The notes under the pieces: model-generated | The model's database searches: none | What the model saw: the letters and a program-made list of their open reading frames with translations, nothing else | What the model was told of the DNA's origin: nothing | Assembly (NCBI GenBank): GCA_016719605.1 | Contig: JADJYW010000029.1 | Coordinates: 260,612-324,611, forward strand | From: Lewinellaceae bacterium | GTDB taxonomy: Bacteria; Bacteroidota; Bacteroidia; Chitinophagales; Saprospiraceae | Direction of reading: 5' to 3' | Length of the DNA stretch: 64,000 nt | Made by a program: the position numbers and the translations under genes | Part shown: one piece after another, positions 46,463-58,127 of the stretch | Numbering within the stretch: position 1 is the stretch's first letter | Layout of the letters: the number at the start of each line of letters is the position of its first letter

Positions 46463-47923
46463 ATGGACAAAAGACGGCTTGCCCTGTTTCCCGTGCTTAC
46501 GGGGGCTTTTTTTGCACTTTTTTTGATACTGTCGGCCGGCACGCCGGTTTTTGCACAAGGCGGAAGGGTACTGATGTCGGAGCCTATCGCCCTGCGCAAC
46601 GACTACGGCTACGAACTCATCGGCCGCATGAAGGATCGCATTTTGCTTTTCCGCGACAAATACGATGAGTTCGAGGTACAGGCATTCGACAATTCGATGC
46701 GCATGTCGTGGAGCCGAAAACTGGAAGATATTGACAAAAACGGCACACAAATACTGGCGGTCATTGGCGGCAAAAACGATTTTTCCGTTGTGTTCAAACA
46801 ACGCCGACGCGGCATTACGACCCTCCACCTGCACAAGTATGATGCCGGCGCCAACCGCATTGACAGCACAACGATCAAACACTACGGCGAGCGGATGTTC
46901 TCACCCCCGGCCATTGACGTGATCCAGAGTGAAGACCGAACCTGCATCGTAGCCACCAACACCGCCGAACGCGCACGTATGGAGACGGTTTGTTTTCGTC
47001 TGGACAAGATGGCGGTGCTCTGGGACAAGGTGGTTCAACTGGACGATGTTTACCATGACTCCAACATACGCGCCATGACCGTGAGCAATGCCGGCGATTT
47101 TTTCATGGTAACTGAATTGAACAATCGGCGGAACCGCCTTGATGCGCACGAGTACCAAATCCTGCACCTACAAGCCGTTGCAGACCGGGCGGTGCGGGTG
47201 CCTATGCCCGAGTTTATGACAAACGATGCCCGGTTTGTGTACGACAACCTCAACCGCAGCCTCGTGGGAGCAGGATTTTATGCCGACAAAAACCGCGAAC
47301 GTTCCAACGGCGTCTTCTATGTGCGCGTACCGCAAACCGGCCAACCGACACTGCGCTACGAGACGTTTTCCGACAAGGTCATCTCTATCCTCCGGGGCAA
47401 AGACGTGGAGGAAGACAACAAGGGCGTCAACTACGCCAATGTCCAGCAAATCATACTCCGACAAGATGGCGGCGCCCTGCTTGTGGCCGAACGCTACCAT
47501 GAGATACAGCGTGGCACCTCGGCTGCCCGGGGGTTTTGGCGTGACGGGATGCGGCTTGTGATGGACTATTACTACGACGACCTCCTGCTCGTAGCCATCG
47601 GGCCTGACGGCACACCGCACTGGACCACCATTTTGCACAAAAAACAGTACTCACAGGATGACGACGCCACCTTTTCATCCTTTTTCCTGATGCGTTCCCC
47701 GGACCGGCTGCACCTCCTGTTCAATGACGAGATCAAGTACGAAAACACCTGCAGCGAGTATATTGTGAATGCCGTGGGCGATTTTGACCGCAACAGCCTG
47801 ACGAATACCTTCGGCCAAAACCTGCGCTTGCGCTTCCGAGATGCGCTCCAGCTGAACGCCAACGAATGCCTTGTACCCTCGGAGTTCCGAAATAAACTGC
47901 GCCTGGTTCTGTTAAAATTTTGA
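46463..47923 (+). CDS. hypothetical secreted protein
   Basis: 486-aa ORF with a signal-like N-terminus (LALFPVLTGAFFALFLILSAGTPVFAQ) and good coding appearance. No family recognised. Confidence 0.55.
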   Translation: MDKRRLALFPVLTGAFFALFLILSAGTPVFAQGGRVLMSEPIALRNDYGYELIGRMKDRILLFRDKYDEFEVQAFDNSMRMSWSRKLEDIDKNGTQILAVIGGKNDFSVVFKQRRRGITTLHLHKYDAGANRIDSTTIKHYGERMFSPPAIDVIQSEDRTCIVATNTAERARMETVCFRLDKMAVLWDKVVQLDDVYHDSNIRAMTVSNAGDFFMVTELNNRRNRLDAHEYQILHLQAVADRAVRVPMPEFMTNDARFVYDNLNRSLVGAGFYADKNRERSNGVFYVRVPQTGQPTLRYETFSDKVISILRGKDVEEDNKGVNYANVQQIILRQDGGALLVAERYHEIQRGTSAARGFWRDGMRLVMDYYYDDLLLVAIGPDGTPHWTTILHKKQYSQDDDATFSSFFLMRSPDRLHLLFNDEIKYENTCSEYIVNAVGDFDRNSLTNTFGQNLRLRFRDALQLNANECLVPSEFRNKLRLVLLKF

Positions 47924-47935
47924 AGATTTGCGGCT

Positions 47936-48952
47936 ATGACTGATGTAAACACCCTCGGCGAGTTCGGCCTGATCGAACACCTCACCCAAGCATTTCCCAT
48001 CACCCAACCATCCACGATCAGAGGTATAGGCGACGACGCCGCCGTCATAGACAACGGCCCTTTTTGTACCGTGGTCAGCACCGACATGCTCGTCGAAGGC
48101 ATCCACTTCGACCTCGCCTACACGCCCCTCCGGCATCTCGGCTACAAGGCCGTGGTGGTCAACCTCTCCGACATTTACGCCATGAACGCCACGCCCCGGC
48201 AAATCACGGTCTCCTTTGCCATTTCCAGTAAATACACGGTGGAAGCCCTGGACGAACTGTACGCCGGTATCCATGCGGCTTGCGAAACTTACGGCGTGGA
48301 TCTCGTGGGTGGCGACACCACCTCCGCGCCCAAGGGCATGGTCATCAGCATTACCGCCATCGGGCAGGGTGAAAAAGAGCGCCTGGCATACCGCAGCGGC
48401 GCCCGGCCCGGCGACCTCATTTGTATCACCGGCGACCTCGGCGCGGCTTACCTCGGCCTGCAGCTTCTGGAACGCGAGAGACGCATCTGGATCGAACACC
48501 CCGAGGTACAGCGCAACCTGGAGGAGCAGAAATACATCGTGGGTCGCCACCTGAAACCCGAAGCCCGGCGCGACATGATCGAAGCGTTCCGAAAAGCCGA
48601 CCTCATACCCACCTCCATGATTGATATTTCCGACGGGCTGGCTTCCGAACTCTTTCATATTTGCAAACAAAGCCGTGTGGGCGCCCTGCTGGAAGAAAGC
48701 GGCGTACCCATCCACCCGGATGCCCAGATGATGGCCCTCCAGTTCAAACTTGACCCTATCACCTGCGCCCTCAACGGCGGCGAAGACTACGAACTGTTGT
48801 TCACGATTGACCCCAAAGACACCGACAAGGTGCGCTTTCTGCCCGATATCTACATCGCCGGTGAAATCCTCGATGCCGCAGACGGGATCAAGTTGAATAC
48901 AAAGGGCGGGAACCTGCACACCCTCCAGGCGCAAGGGTGGCGGCATTTTTAA
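47936..48952 (+). CDS. thiL: thiamine-monophosphate kinase
   Basis: LGEFGLIEHL, IGDDAAVI, STDMLVEGIHF, VNLSDIYAMNA and LVGGDTTS are AIR-synthase-related ThiL motifs. Confidence 0.85.
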   Translation: MTDVNTLGEFGLIEHLTQAFPITQPSTIRGIGDDAAVIDNGPFCTVVSTDMLVEGIHFDLAYTPLRHLGYKAVVVNLSDIYAMNATPRQITVSFAISSKYTVEALDELYAGIHAACETYGVDLVGGDTTSAPKGMVISITAIGQGEKERLAYRSGARPGDLICITGDLGAAYLGLQLLERERRIWIEHPEVQRNLEEQKYIVGRHLKPEARRDMIEAFRKADLIPTSMIDISDGLASELFHICKQSRVGALLEESGVPIHPDAQMMALQFKLDPITCALNGGEDYELLFTIDPKDTDKVRFLPDIYIAGEILDAADGIKLNTKGGNLHTLQAQGWRHF

Positions 48953-48990
48953 CGAATCGTCCTACCTTTGGAACCACAATCCACTTTGGC

Positions 48991-51612
48991 ATGAAAAAGT
49001 ATCTACTCCGCTCCCTCCTTCTGCCGGCCCTGCTGGCCGCACTCCATACGGCCACACATGCGCAGCAATGCCTGTTTACCATCGAAATGCTCGACAACTT
49101 CGGCGACGGCTGGAACGGCGGCGTGCTCACCGTTGTAAACGCGGGTACGACCAACCAGTTTTCGCTGGTCAATACCATCGGAAACGGCGCGGACAGCACC
49201 GTGACCTTCAGTGTCACCCCGGGCCTGCCACTCGTACTCAACTGGGCGCCGGGCGGCTTCAACAACGAAGTATCCTTTGCGCTGTACAACAATGACGGCG
49301 ATTTGCTCTTCCAGATCGCCAACCCGACACCGGGCGTCGTCTTTCTTCTGCCCGCAGCTGCCTGCGTGGATTGTTTGAAACCGCTGAACCCCGTCATCGA
49401 AAACATCTGGGATACCCGGGTCCGAGTTGCCTGGACGCCCGCGTTTGGGAGCGGGACGCCCATTGGCTGGCGGGTTACCTATGGCCCGGCCGGATTTGAT
49501 CCCGGCGCCGGCAATACGCTCTATGTGGGCGTCCCGCGAGCCAATATCACGGGCTTACAGCCCAAAACCTGGTACGACTATTATGTGGAGCAGGACTGCG
49601 GTGGCGACACCAGCAAACGCGCAGGGCCGTTCACCTTCGAAACCTACCGCACCAATGATGTGGGTGTCAGCGCCGTGCTAAGCCCGCAAAACAGCTGCGA
49701 CCTCGGTGTGGAAACGATCACCCTTGCCCTGCGCAACTACGGCGCCAACCCCCAATCCCTCGTCCCGTTCAACTACAGCGTAAACGACGTCCCCGTCAGT
49801 GTACCACAGCCACAGGACGGTTTTTACACCGGCGTGCTGGGTAAAGACAGCGCCGCGATCATCGAATTCGAAACGCTCTACGATTTTTCTGCCCCGGGCG
49901 AATACCGCATTGCTGTGTGGACCGAAATGAACGGCGACGAAGACCCCGCCAACGATACCTTTTTTTACCGCGTAGTCAACCGCCTGGCAACACCATACTC
50001 CCAAAATTTTGAGGACTGTAACGGCGCCTGGTATGTGGACACAGCTAACAGTATCGCCCCTTCGTGGCAATTTGGCACACCTGCCGGGTCGGTTATTTCG
50101 GCAGCAGCCGACGGGAAAAACGCCTGGGTAACCAACCTGACCGGCCCCTACAATCCAGGTGAAATTTCCTACCTGAACTCCCCCTGCTTCGATTTTTCCG
50201 ATCTGGCCACCGATCCTGTGATTGAGTTTTCCCTGATCTATGCCACCGAATCCGGCTACGACGGTTGCTGGCTGGAAATGTCGCTCGACGACGGCGACAG
50301 CTGGGCCAAGGTCGGGATGCTGGATGAAAACATCAATTGGTACAACCAGGATATCACGTTCACCGACATCGGCCACGCCTGGTCGGGCAACAGCAATGGC
50401 TGGATCACGGCCCGCCATTTGCTCGACGGCGCCGCCGGACTGGCCAACGTGCGCCTGCGTTTCGCCTTCGAGTCCGACCCGTTCATCCTGTCCGAGGGTA
50501 CGGGCGTGGACGATATACGAATCTATGCCCCGCTCACCGACGATTTGGCGGCCCTCTCCGTGCGTACCGATGCCGACGGGCAGGACTGTGGGGACACGAC
50601 TGATGTGGTGACGTTTCGTTTGGCCAACTTCGGCGCACAACCCGCCACCATTTTCGGTCTTGCCTACTCGCTCAATGGCACCGCGCCGGTCGTCGAAAAT
50701 GTGGGGACTGTCACGATTGCACCCAACGACGTGTACACCTACGTTTTTAATCAAACTTTCGACAGCCGCGACGGCTTGTTCGCCGTCCGTTGCTGGACCG
50801 TGCTGCCCAACGAACAAAACCGCAGCAACGACACCAGCGCCGTGTACATGGTGGACCACTTGCCGGACCCGCTACCCCTTAGCGCGGATTTTGAAACCGG
50901 CTTGCCGGCAGGCTGGACCAGCACAGGATTCACCACCACCGGGCACAACAACATCTCCACCGTTCTGGCTTCCAACCTCTACGATTTCAACGCAACCTCC
51001 ACGACCGACCTGTCGCGCGTCGGGTTTGTCGGCCCGAATGACTCCCTGAGTTTTGACTACCGCATCACGGACTTCGACACCGATGGCGAGACGCCGACCA
51101 TACTGGCCAACGGAACCCGTTTCGAGGTGCTTGTATCTTCCGACTGCGGCAGTTCCTTCCAAACGGTGTACACCATTGACCAAAGCAACCACACCCCGAG
51201 CGTGGACCTGCAAAACGTGCGTATCGGGCTGGGCGCTTATGCCGGGCTGGCGATTCAGATTCGCTTTGCCGGTGTCTGGGGGGCCGGCGATTTCTACTTT
51301 GACCTGGACAACATCAACCTGCCGCAACTCCCGATCACGCCGACCCGCGACGGCATTGAGGGCCTCAGCAAATTAGACCTGTGGCCCAACCCGACTACCG
51401 GCCGGACGCAGGTGTTGGTTGAGCTGGACAAAAGCGCCGACCTGCAGGTACAAATGCTGGACCTCATGGGCCGGACGGTGTGGCAAACCAATACCCTGCG
51501 CAGCGATCGGCTTTCGGAAAACCTCGACCTGACGCCGCTGCCAAGCGGGTTGTACCTCCTGCGCCTCACGGTGAACGGCCAGAGTGTGACGCGAAAAGTA
51601 GTGAAGCAGTAA
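48991..51612 (+). CDS. large secreted protein with T9SS C-terminal sorting domain
   Basis: Signal peptide MKKYLLRSLLLPALLAALHTATHA. The C-terminal ~80 aa (LDLWPNPTTGRTQVLVEL...LPSGLYLLRLTVNGQSVTRKVVKQ) are typical of a Por/T9SS CTD. The middle domains are unassigned. ATG 48991 lies within track ORF 48937..51612. Confidence 0.7.
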   Translation: MKKYLLRSLLLPALLAALHTATHAQQCLFTIEMLDNFGDGWNGGVLTVVNAGTTNQFSLVNTIGNGADSTVTFSVTPGLPLVLNWAPGGFNNEVSFALYNNDGDLLFQIANPTPGVVFLLPAAACVDCLKPLNPVIENIWDTRVRVAWTPAFGSGTPIGWRVTYGPAGFDPGAGNTLYVGVPRANITGLQPKTWYDYYVEQDCGGDTSKRAGPFTFETYRTNDVGVSAVLSPQNSCDLGVETITLALRNYGANPQSLVPFNYSVNDVPVSVPQPQDGFYTGVLGKDSAAIIEFETLYDFSAPGEYRIAVWTEMNGDEDPANDTFFYRVVNRLATPYSQNFEDCNGAWYVDTANSIAPSWQFGTPAGSVISAAADGKNAWVTNLTGPYNPGEISYLNSPCFDFSDLATDPVIEFSLIYATESGYDGCWLEMSLDDGDSWAKVGMLDENINWYNQDITFTDIGHAWSGNSNGWITARHLLDGAAGLANVRLRFAFESDPFILSEGTGVDDIRIYAPLTDDLAALSVRTDADGQDCGDTTDVVTFRLANFGAQPATIFGLAYSLNGTAPVVENVGTVTIAPNDVYTYVFNQTFDSRDGLFAVRCWTVLPNEQNRSNDTSAVYMVDHLPDPLPLSADFETGLPAGWTSTGFTTTGHNNISTVLASNLYDFNATSTTDLSRVGFVGPNDSLSFDYRITDFDTDGETPTILANGTRFEVLVSSDCGSSFQTVYTIDQSNHTPSVDLQNVRIGLGAYAGLAIQIRFAGVWGAGDFYFDLDNINLPQLPITPTRDGIEGLSKLDLWPNPTTGRTQVLVELDKSADLQVQMLDLMGRTVWQTNTLRSDRLSENLDLTPLPSGLYLLRLTVNGQSVTRKVVKQ

Positions 51613-52218
51613 TTATCGTGTAAAAAGCGCCAACTGTTCTCCTTGTGGCAATTGTTGAAACGACCGCCGGTGGTGCTCCGTCAGCCCGTGCAGGCGGATT
51701 GCGTCCCGGTGCGCGGCAGTCGGGTAGCCCTTGTTGTCTTCCCAGTGGTATGGTGGAAAAAGCCCGGCCAGGCGGTACATTTCGGCGTCGCGGTGGGTTT
51801 TGGCCAAAATAGAAGCAGCCGCAATAGCGGCGTATTTCCCGTCGCCTTTCACCACGCAGAGGTGCGGTACATCGGTGTATTGGCGGAAGCGGTTGCCATC
51901 CACGAGAATAAATTCGGGGCATATACCGAGGCCGTCGAGGGCGCGGTGCATCGCCAAAAAAGATGCTTGCAAAATGTTGATCCGGTCTATTTCTCCGGGT
52001 TCGGCCCGGGCAACCGACCAGGCAACAGCCTCTTGTTCGATGATGCGGCGCAGTTCGTCCCGCTGTTTTTCCGTCACCTGCTTGGAGTCATTGAGCCAGG
52101 GATGAAAAAAATCGGGTGGCAAAATAACTGCGGCTGCATACACCGGCCCCGCCAGACAGCCGCGCCCGGCTTCATCGCATCCGGCCTCAAGCCGGTCGGG
52201 TTGGTGAAAGGGAAGCAT
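51613..52218 (-). CDS. rnhB: ribonuclease HII
   Basis: [24 protein letters not shown] ... [10 protein letters not shown] ... [16 protein letters not shown] are RNase HII motifs. ATG 52218 is preferred because the track extension to 52269 only translates the heptamer repeat. Confidence 0.85.
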   Translation of the reverse strand: MLPFHQPDRLEAGCDEAGRGCLAGPVYAAAVILPPDFFHPWLNDSKQVTEKQRDELRRIIEQEAVAWSVARAEPGEIDRINILQASFLAMHRALDGLGICPEFILVDGNRFRQYTDVPHLCVVKGDGKYAAIAAASILAKTHRDAEMYRLAGLFPPYHWEDNKGYPTAAHRDAIRLHGLTEHHRRSFQQLPQGEQLALFTR

Positions 52219-52222
52219 GACA

Positions 52223-52253
52223 GTTTTGAGTTTTGAGTTTTGAGTTTTGAGTT
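52223..52253. repeat. heptamer microsatellite (GTTTTGA)4, copy 3, abutting the rnhB start codon
   Basis: The sequence gttttgagttttgagttttgagttttgagtt is read directly, 4 nt from ATG 52218. Confidence 0.85.
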
Positions 52254-52360
52254 GGCAAAAGTAGAGCAAGGAGAAGTGGGTCGGATGGCCTTCGCCAACG
52301 GGTGAATTCCGTTACCTTAGCTCGTCAAACATTTTATGGCTAATCGCCAACTGCAAAACT

Positions 52361-52918
52361 ATGAAAACCTACACCAGCGCGAGCGACCACGTCCAGCTAC
52401 ACGACCTGTTATTTGTCACGCTCCTGAGCGAAGATCAGGTGCAGGAACGGGTGCGGGAGATCGGCGCCGAAATAACGCAGGCTTACCGGAACAAAAAGCC
52501 GCTTTTTATCAGCATCCTGAGTGGCGCTTTCGTGTTTGCGGCCGACCTGATTCGCGCCTTTGGCGGCGATTGTGAAATCGGGTTTGTGAAACTGGCATCC
52601 TATTCCGGCACCCGTTCGTCCGGCGATGTGCAAACCGTCATGGGTTTGGAAAAAGACTTACAGGGCCGGCACCTCATCGTTGTGGAAGATATTGTGGACA
52701 CCGGGCGCACCCTGCATTTTTTCCTCGATCACCTGCGCAGCCGGCAGCCGGCCTCCATTTGCACCGTCACCTTTCTGCGCAAACCCGATGCTGCCGAGTT
52801 TCCGGTACCCATAGACTATGTCGGGTTTGATATCGAAGACCGTTTTGTGGTGGGATACGGGTTGGACTACGATGGCCTGGGCCGCAATCTGCCGGGAATT
52901 TACCAGCGCAGCAAATAA
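52361..52918 (+). CDS. hpt: hypoxanthine phosphoribosyltransferase
   Basis: PRPP-binding motif LIVVEDIVDTGRTL, plus length and context typical of Hpt. Confidence 0.85.
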   Translation: MKTYTSASDHVQLHDLLFVTLLSEDQVQERVREIGAEITQAYRNKKPLFISILSGAFVFAADLIRAFGGDCEIGFVKLASYSGTRSSGDVQTVMGLEKDLQGRHLIVVEDIVDTGRTLHFFLDHLRSRQPASICTVTFLRKPDAAEFPVPIDYVGFDIEDRFVVGYGLDYDGLGRNLPGIYQRSK

Positions 52919-52920
52919 AA

Positions 52921-53733
52921 CTATGCCGGCAGGAGGGTGAGTTGCTCCACGGCGTTTTCAATAAAATTCGGGATGATGGTATCGAATGTGCGCAAGATTT
53001 TCAGCGGGTTGGCCAAATCGCGAATCATCCGATTGTAGCGCGCCTCGCCGTGCTCGTCCACGATAGACTGCTTGCGCTCCGGTTCCATAAAATACTGCAA
53101 CAACCCGGTGGGGTTGGCTTCCGGGTGAAACTGGGTGCCAAACATTTCCGGGCCGAAGCGTACAGCCATCACCGCACGCTCGTAGTGGACGTGCGGGCGC
53201 AGTTTTTCCATACAAAGAATCCGGGCGCCCATTTCCTCGAAACGTTTGTGATCGAGATTGACCACCTGGTAGCGCCGAAAATCGGCGATATAAAACGGGT
53301 CCGGCAGCCCCTCAAAAAACGGTTCGTCCTTGCCCGCATGGGTTTTGTGCACCGGATAGGTGCCAAATGACATTTTGTATCGGTGGTTCACCTCGCCGAG
53401 GCGAAAATGGTGGCAGGCCATTTGGAAGGAATGGCAAATGAAAAAGCAATGCTTTTTGTTTTCGGGATCATCCGTACGACGGTTCCACTGCCAGAGCTGC
53501 TCGATGAGATCAAAATAGCGCTCAAACCACGGCCCGTCATTCAGGAGCGGATCGCCCGGCCCGCCGGAAAACAGATAGATATCGTACGACAAGTCCGGCA
53601 CCTCGTTTTTGGCACGCACATCGAAATGATCGAATCGCAAGACATTGGCGTACCGGGCCAGCATGGTCTGGAGCATGGGGATGCCCCGGTTGGATTCCCC
53701 ATTGTACATATCTAAAAGTGCAGCACGGAGCAT
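52921..53733 (-). CDS. class-I glutamine amidotransferase-like protein
   Basis: FFICHSFQMACHHF (nucleophile-elbow Cys) and FGTQFHPE (His/Glu) motifs. ATG 53733 lies inside track ORF 52921..53820. Confidence 0.65.
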   Translation of the reverse strand: MLRAALLDMYNGESNRGIPMLQTMLARYANVLRFDHFDVRAKNEVPDLSYDIYLFSGGPGDPLLNDGPWFERYFDLIEQLWQWNRRTDDPENKKHCFFICHSFQMACHHFRLGEVNHRYKMSFGTYPVHKTHAGKDEPFFEGLPDPFYIADFRRYQVVNLDHKRFEEMGARILCMEKLRPHVHYERAVMAVRFGPEMFGTQFHPEANPTGLLQYFMEPERKQSIVDEHGEARYNRMIRDLANPLKILRTFDTIIPNFIENAVEQLTLLPA

Positions 53734-53961
53734 AAAAAAGCGTGTTTTGAAAAAGCCGAAAAAGAAGACAGAAACAACCTCTCGGGAGTGCAGCCGCACA
53801 CACCAACAGGAATTTACCAAAACTGATTAGGGGGGATTGGTCGCAAGCAACTTCTAAAATCGGGACGGGTTGGCAAAGGTCGGGCGCAAGAATCGTTATT
53901 TCGCTGCCAAGTCTATATTTTTGCCCGCTAAAGTTTCACCCACCACCACCGATCTCTTGCC

Positions 53962-54450
53962 ATGAAATTTGTTTCCGAAGATATTATTGATGCCATCATT
54001 GACGCGCTGGAAGATATGAGCGACGAGCAGTATGAGCAGGAAATGGAAAAATTTGCGGAAGCGCAGCCTGTTCTGGTTGCGTACCTCTTTGACGACGAAA
54101 ATTTTCACCTGCTCACCGAGGACGAACGCGGCTACATGCAGTATTTGTCCCTGATAGCCTGGCTATCGAACACCAAAGTCAACGGCCAAACCGAGCCGGT
54201 AAGCGAGGAAATGATCGGTCAGGCCGAGGAGCGGAACTACGAAATTCTGGAAGCCAATACGGCCAAGCGGTTTCGCGACCGCCTGGATGTCTTTTTTGAA
54301 AATACGCCTCAGGAGGACTTGCTGGCCTTCGCCGAGGAGGCTGTACTGGAAGACGAGGAAGGAACTCCCGAGGTATTGGTCACCAAAGAAGGCCGGGAAC
54401 CGGTTTTTATAGCCGTGAAAACGGTGATTGATGTGCTGACGGGAGCCTGA
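53962..54450 (+). CDS. hypothetical acidic protein
   Basis: 162-aa ORF with protein-like composition. No family recognised. Confidence 0.5.
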   Translation: MKFVSEDIIDAIIDALEDMSDEQYEQEMEKFAEAQPVLVAYLFDDENFHLLTEDERGYMQYLSLIAWLSNTKVNGQTEPVSEEMIGQAEERNYEILEANTAKRFRDRLDVFFENTPQEDLLAFAEEAVLEDEEGTPEVLVTKEGREPVFIAVKTVIDVLTGA

Positions 54451-54469
54451 TTGGTTCGGCAAGCGAACG

Positions 54470-55276
54470 CTATGCCAGCGCATCGCGCCGCCGCTCCTTG
54501 GCCAACCGGATGCTGCGGGTTTCAAACTCGTCCCGTAGCGCTTCGTGGATAAAATCCAGGGTTCCGATGTAGTGTTCACCGAGCGTCCACCAGCCAATAT
54601 CCACTTTCATATCATCCCGGCTGATACCCGTGATGACCACTTCCGGTGGCCGGTTAGCCACCAGCAGGGTGCAGCGCGCCGCCGCCGCATCCACCGCCTC
54701 ACGCAATGCGGGCGCCGATGTGGCGCTGTCGAGCAACACCGTGATCTCGGCAAGCACCTCCGAACCTTTGGCTATATTCGTGATGGCGCCTTCCGTGATT
54801 TTGGAATTTGGAATGATGATTTTTTTGGCGTGGTCGGTAATCAGAACCGTATTGAAAATCTGAATTTCCGACACACAACCTATGTGCCCCTCCACCTCCA
54901 GCAGGTCGCCAACGCGGTAAGGCCGGAACAACAAGATCAGTACGCCGCTGGCAAAATTGCCCAGACTGCCCTGCAAGGCCAGACCCACGGCAAACGCTAC
55001 GGCCGAAAAGACGGCAATAAACGACGTAGTTTCAATGCCGACCTGCCCGGCCACTACCAGCAGCAGGGCCACCTTGAGGGCCACGTCCACCAGCGATATA
55101 AAAAAAGGCCGCAGACTGTCGTCAATCTGTCGCTTGCGTACCAGCGCATCCACCGAACCGGATATGCGGCGAATGACCCAAAGGCCGACAAACAGGATGA
55201 GCAGGGCGGATACCACCTTGGGGCCATACTGGAATAACAGGCCGTTGATTTGTTCGAGGTACGTTTTTTGTTCCAT
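54470..55276 (-). CDS. mechanosensitive ion channel (MscS family)
   Basis: Three N-terminal TM helices, then GNFASGVLILLFRPYRVGDLLEVEGHIGCVSEIQIFNTVLITDHAKKIIIPNSKI, the MscS beta-domain signature. Confidence 0.8.
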   Translation of the reverse strand: MEQKTYLEQINGLLFQYGPKVVSALLILFVGLWVIRRISGSVDALVRKRQIDDSLRPFFISLVDVALKVALLLVVAGQVGIETTSFIAVFSAVAFAVGLALQGSLGNFASGVLILLFRPYRVGDLLEVEGHIGCVSEIQIFNTVLITDHAKKIIIPNSKITEGAITNIAKGSEVLAEITVLLDSATSAPALREAVDAAAARCTLLVANRPPEVVITGISRDDMKVDIGWWTLGEHYIGTLDFIHEALRDEFETRSIRLAKERRRDALA

Positions 55277-55405
55277 GAGCGTTTGTTTGCGTCAATGACT
55301 GCACCAAACCGCCCGTTTGGGCGAAAGGCGGCGCAAAGTCGGCAAAAAGCAAATATCCTTGCACCCCTTTCTAACATTATTCCTGTATCTAATTTTTTGA
55401 ACAAC

Positions 55406-58100
55406 ATGAGAAACCTGTTGTCGTCGCCGATACTGATCGCGGCACTACTCCTGACCTATGCCTGCAACCCCAAAGTCGCAGATAAAACAAGCGCAACACC
55501 CTCCAAACCAACTCCTGAAGCCACCTGGGATACCCTTGGAAAACCCCTGATGGGCAACGAGGCAGCCGACTCCGAATATGCGGATGAAGAAGAACCCGAA
55601 GACTATTTCGTTCTGGATGAGGCCGTCGTCAGCCCCGGCAATGACGCCCTCGAACGCCCCGACACCCTCCCCCGATACAATACCTCCCACACGTTCGAGC
55701 ATGATCTGATCCACACCAAACTGGAACTCTCCTTCGACTGGGATAAAAAACACGCCAACGGCAAGGCCACGCTTACCCTCCGACCGTGGTTTTACCCCAC
55801 CGAAAAACTGACGCTGGATGCCAAAAACTTTGATATCCACTCCGTGAATTTTGAGGGTAAAAAAGACACGCTGCGGTACGACTACAACAACGAACAACTC
55901 GTCATTCAACTCGGCAAAACCTACACCCGTACCGAGGAGTACAAAGTCGTCATCGCCTATACCGCCAAACCCGATGAGCGCGAATCCTTCGGGGGCAGCG
56001 CGGCTATTACCAGCGACAAGGGCCTGTACTTCATCAATGCCGATGGTGCCGACCCCGAAAAGCCCCGGCAAATCTGGACCCAGGGCGAGACCGAAAGTAA
56101 CTCGTTCTGGTTTCCCACCGTGGACAAACCCAACGAACGCTGCACCCAGGAAATGTACCTGACCGTAGCCGACAAGTACAAAACCCTTTCCAACGGCCTG
56201 CTCATTTCCTCCAAAAAGAATGCCGACGGCACGCGTACCGACTACTGGAAAATGGACAAACCCCACGCGCCGTACCTGTTTATGATGGCCATAGGCGAGT
56301 ACGCCGTAGTGAAAGACAAATGGCGCAACATCCCGCTGGAATACTATGTGGAGCCGAAGTACGAGCAATATGCCCGCGACATTTTCCCGTACACCCCCGA
56401 AATGCTCGAGTTTTTCTCCAAAAAACTCGGCTACGATTACCCGTGGCAGAAATACTCCCAGGTTGTTGTGCGCGATTACGTCAGCGGCGCCATGGAAAAT
56501 ACCACAGCGGTGATCTTCGGCGAATTCATGCAACACGACCAAACGCGGCCTGCTCGACAACCACCTGACCAACGAAAAAGTAGTGGCGCACGAGATGTTC
56601 CACCACTGGTTCGGCGACCTCGTGACCACCGAAAGCTGGGCCAACCTGACCCTCAACGAGGGTTTTGCCAACTACTCCGAATACCTCTGGCTGGAGCACA
56701 AGTACGGCCGCGACGAAGCCGACTACCATGAGCTGGTCGAACGCCAGGGCTACATCTATTCCGCACTCGATGGCGGCCACCCGCTCATCCATTTTGGCTA
56801 CGAAAGCCGCGAAAGCATGTTCGACGCCCACTCCTACAACAAGGGCGGCGCTATCCTGCACATGTTGCGCGCTTATTTGGGCGACGACGCTTTCTTCGCC
56901 TCGCTGAACTACTACCTGAAAAAACACGCCAATACCGATGTGGAGGCCCACGAATTGCGCATGGCCTTCGAAGACGTTACGGGTCAAGACCTCAACTGGT
57001 TCTTCAACCAGTGGTTCTTTTCCTCCGGCCACCCCAATCTGGATATTTCCTGCGACTGGGATGCCGATGCCAAAAAAGCCGTGGTCACCATCGCCCAAAC
57101 ACAGGAACCAAACAAAGAAACGCCTTACATCTACGAGCTGCCCCTGCAAGTAGACCTCTACGATGCCTCGGGCAAGGCTCGCCGGGAATCCATCCGCATG
57201 GTCAACCGCACCCAAACCTTCACCTTCGACGCGCCTGTCAAACCGGCTTTCATCAACGTGGATGCCCAAAAAGCCCTTTTAGCCGTCAAAAACGACCAGC
57301 ACCCGCCGGAAGAGTGGGCGTTTTTGTACCGCAACGCCCCCCTCTGGCAAGACCGCTGGGAGGCCGTGCAAAACCTGAAAGAGAACCCCGACCAGTTGGC
57401 CCGACAGGTCCTGACCGAGGCACTGCGCGACAAACACTGGTCTATTCGCCAGGAGGCGCTTTCGGTGGTTGACCCGGAAGATGCCGACGCGATGGTACTG
57501 GTGGCCCAAATCGCAGAAACGGATACCAAACCGGACGTGCGTGCAACGGCCATTGCCGTACTGAGCCAACTCGAAGATCCCCGATACTCGCCCGTTTTCG
57601 AAAAAGGACTGGGCGACGACCAGCCGTACAGCGTTTTGATAGCCTCCCTCGTTGCGCTCAGCCGGGCCAATCCCGAGGCTGCTTTGGCTGCTGCCAAAAA
57701 GTTGGAAAACAATGAAAACCAGGGTGTCGTTCTGGCCGTAGCCGAGTTGTACGCCGGCAGCCCGGAGGCTGGCGCGTTTCCGTGGTTTGTCAAACAAGCC
57801 GGCAAAATGGACAACATGGCGGCCTTCAGGTACTATGAACTGTTTGCCGGGTATCTCCTGGACCTGAACGATCCGGCTATCGTGGACGAGGCCGTCAAAG
57901 GTTTTCAGGCGGTGGCGCTGAACAGCAAAAACAGCCTCTGGAGGCGTTTTTCCAATACCCGGGCTATCGCTGAATTGCGCAATTTTTATCGCGAAGCGGC
58001 CGACAAATCCAGGGCGGATGCCCTGAACCTGATCCTGACCGACATCCGGGAAAAGGAAACTGACCAGACCCTGAAAACGTACTACGCGATGTTTGAATAA
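55406..58100 (+). pseudogene. M1-family aminopeptidase N-like lipoprotein, one frameshift as assembled
   Basis: Lipoprotein signal MRNLLSSPILIAALLLTYAC, then GAMENTTAVIFGEFMQHD, then KRGLLDNHLTNEKVVAHEMFHHWFGDLVT...NEGFANYSEYLW (HExxH-18-E) in the next frame. There is an extra C at 56539-56540. C-terminal HEAT-like repeats. Confidence 0.8.
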
Positions 58101-58127
58101 TTGCCCTATTCTTGTGGCAAAAAAACG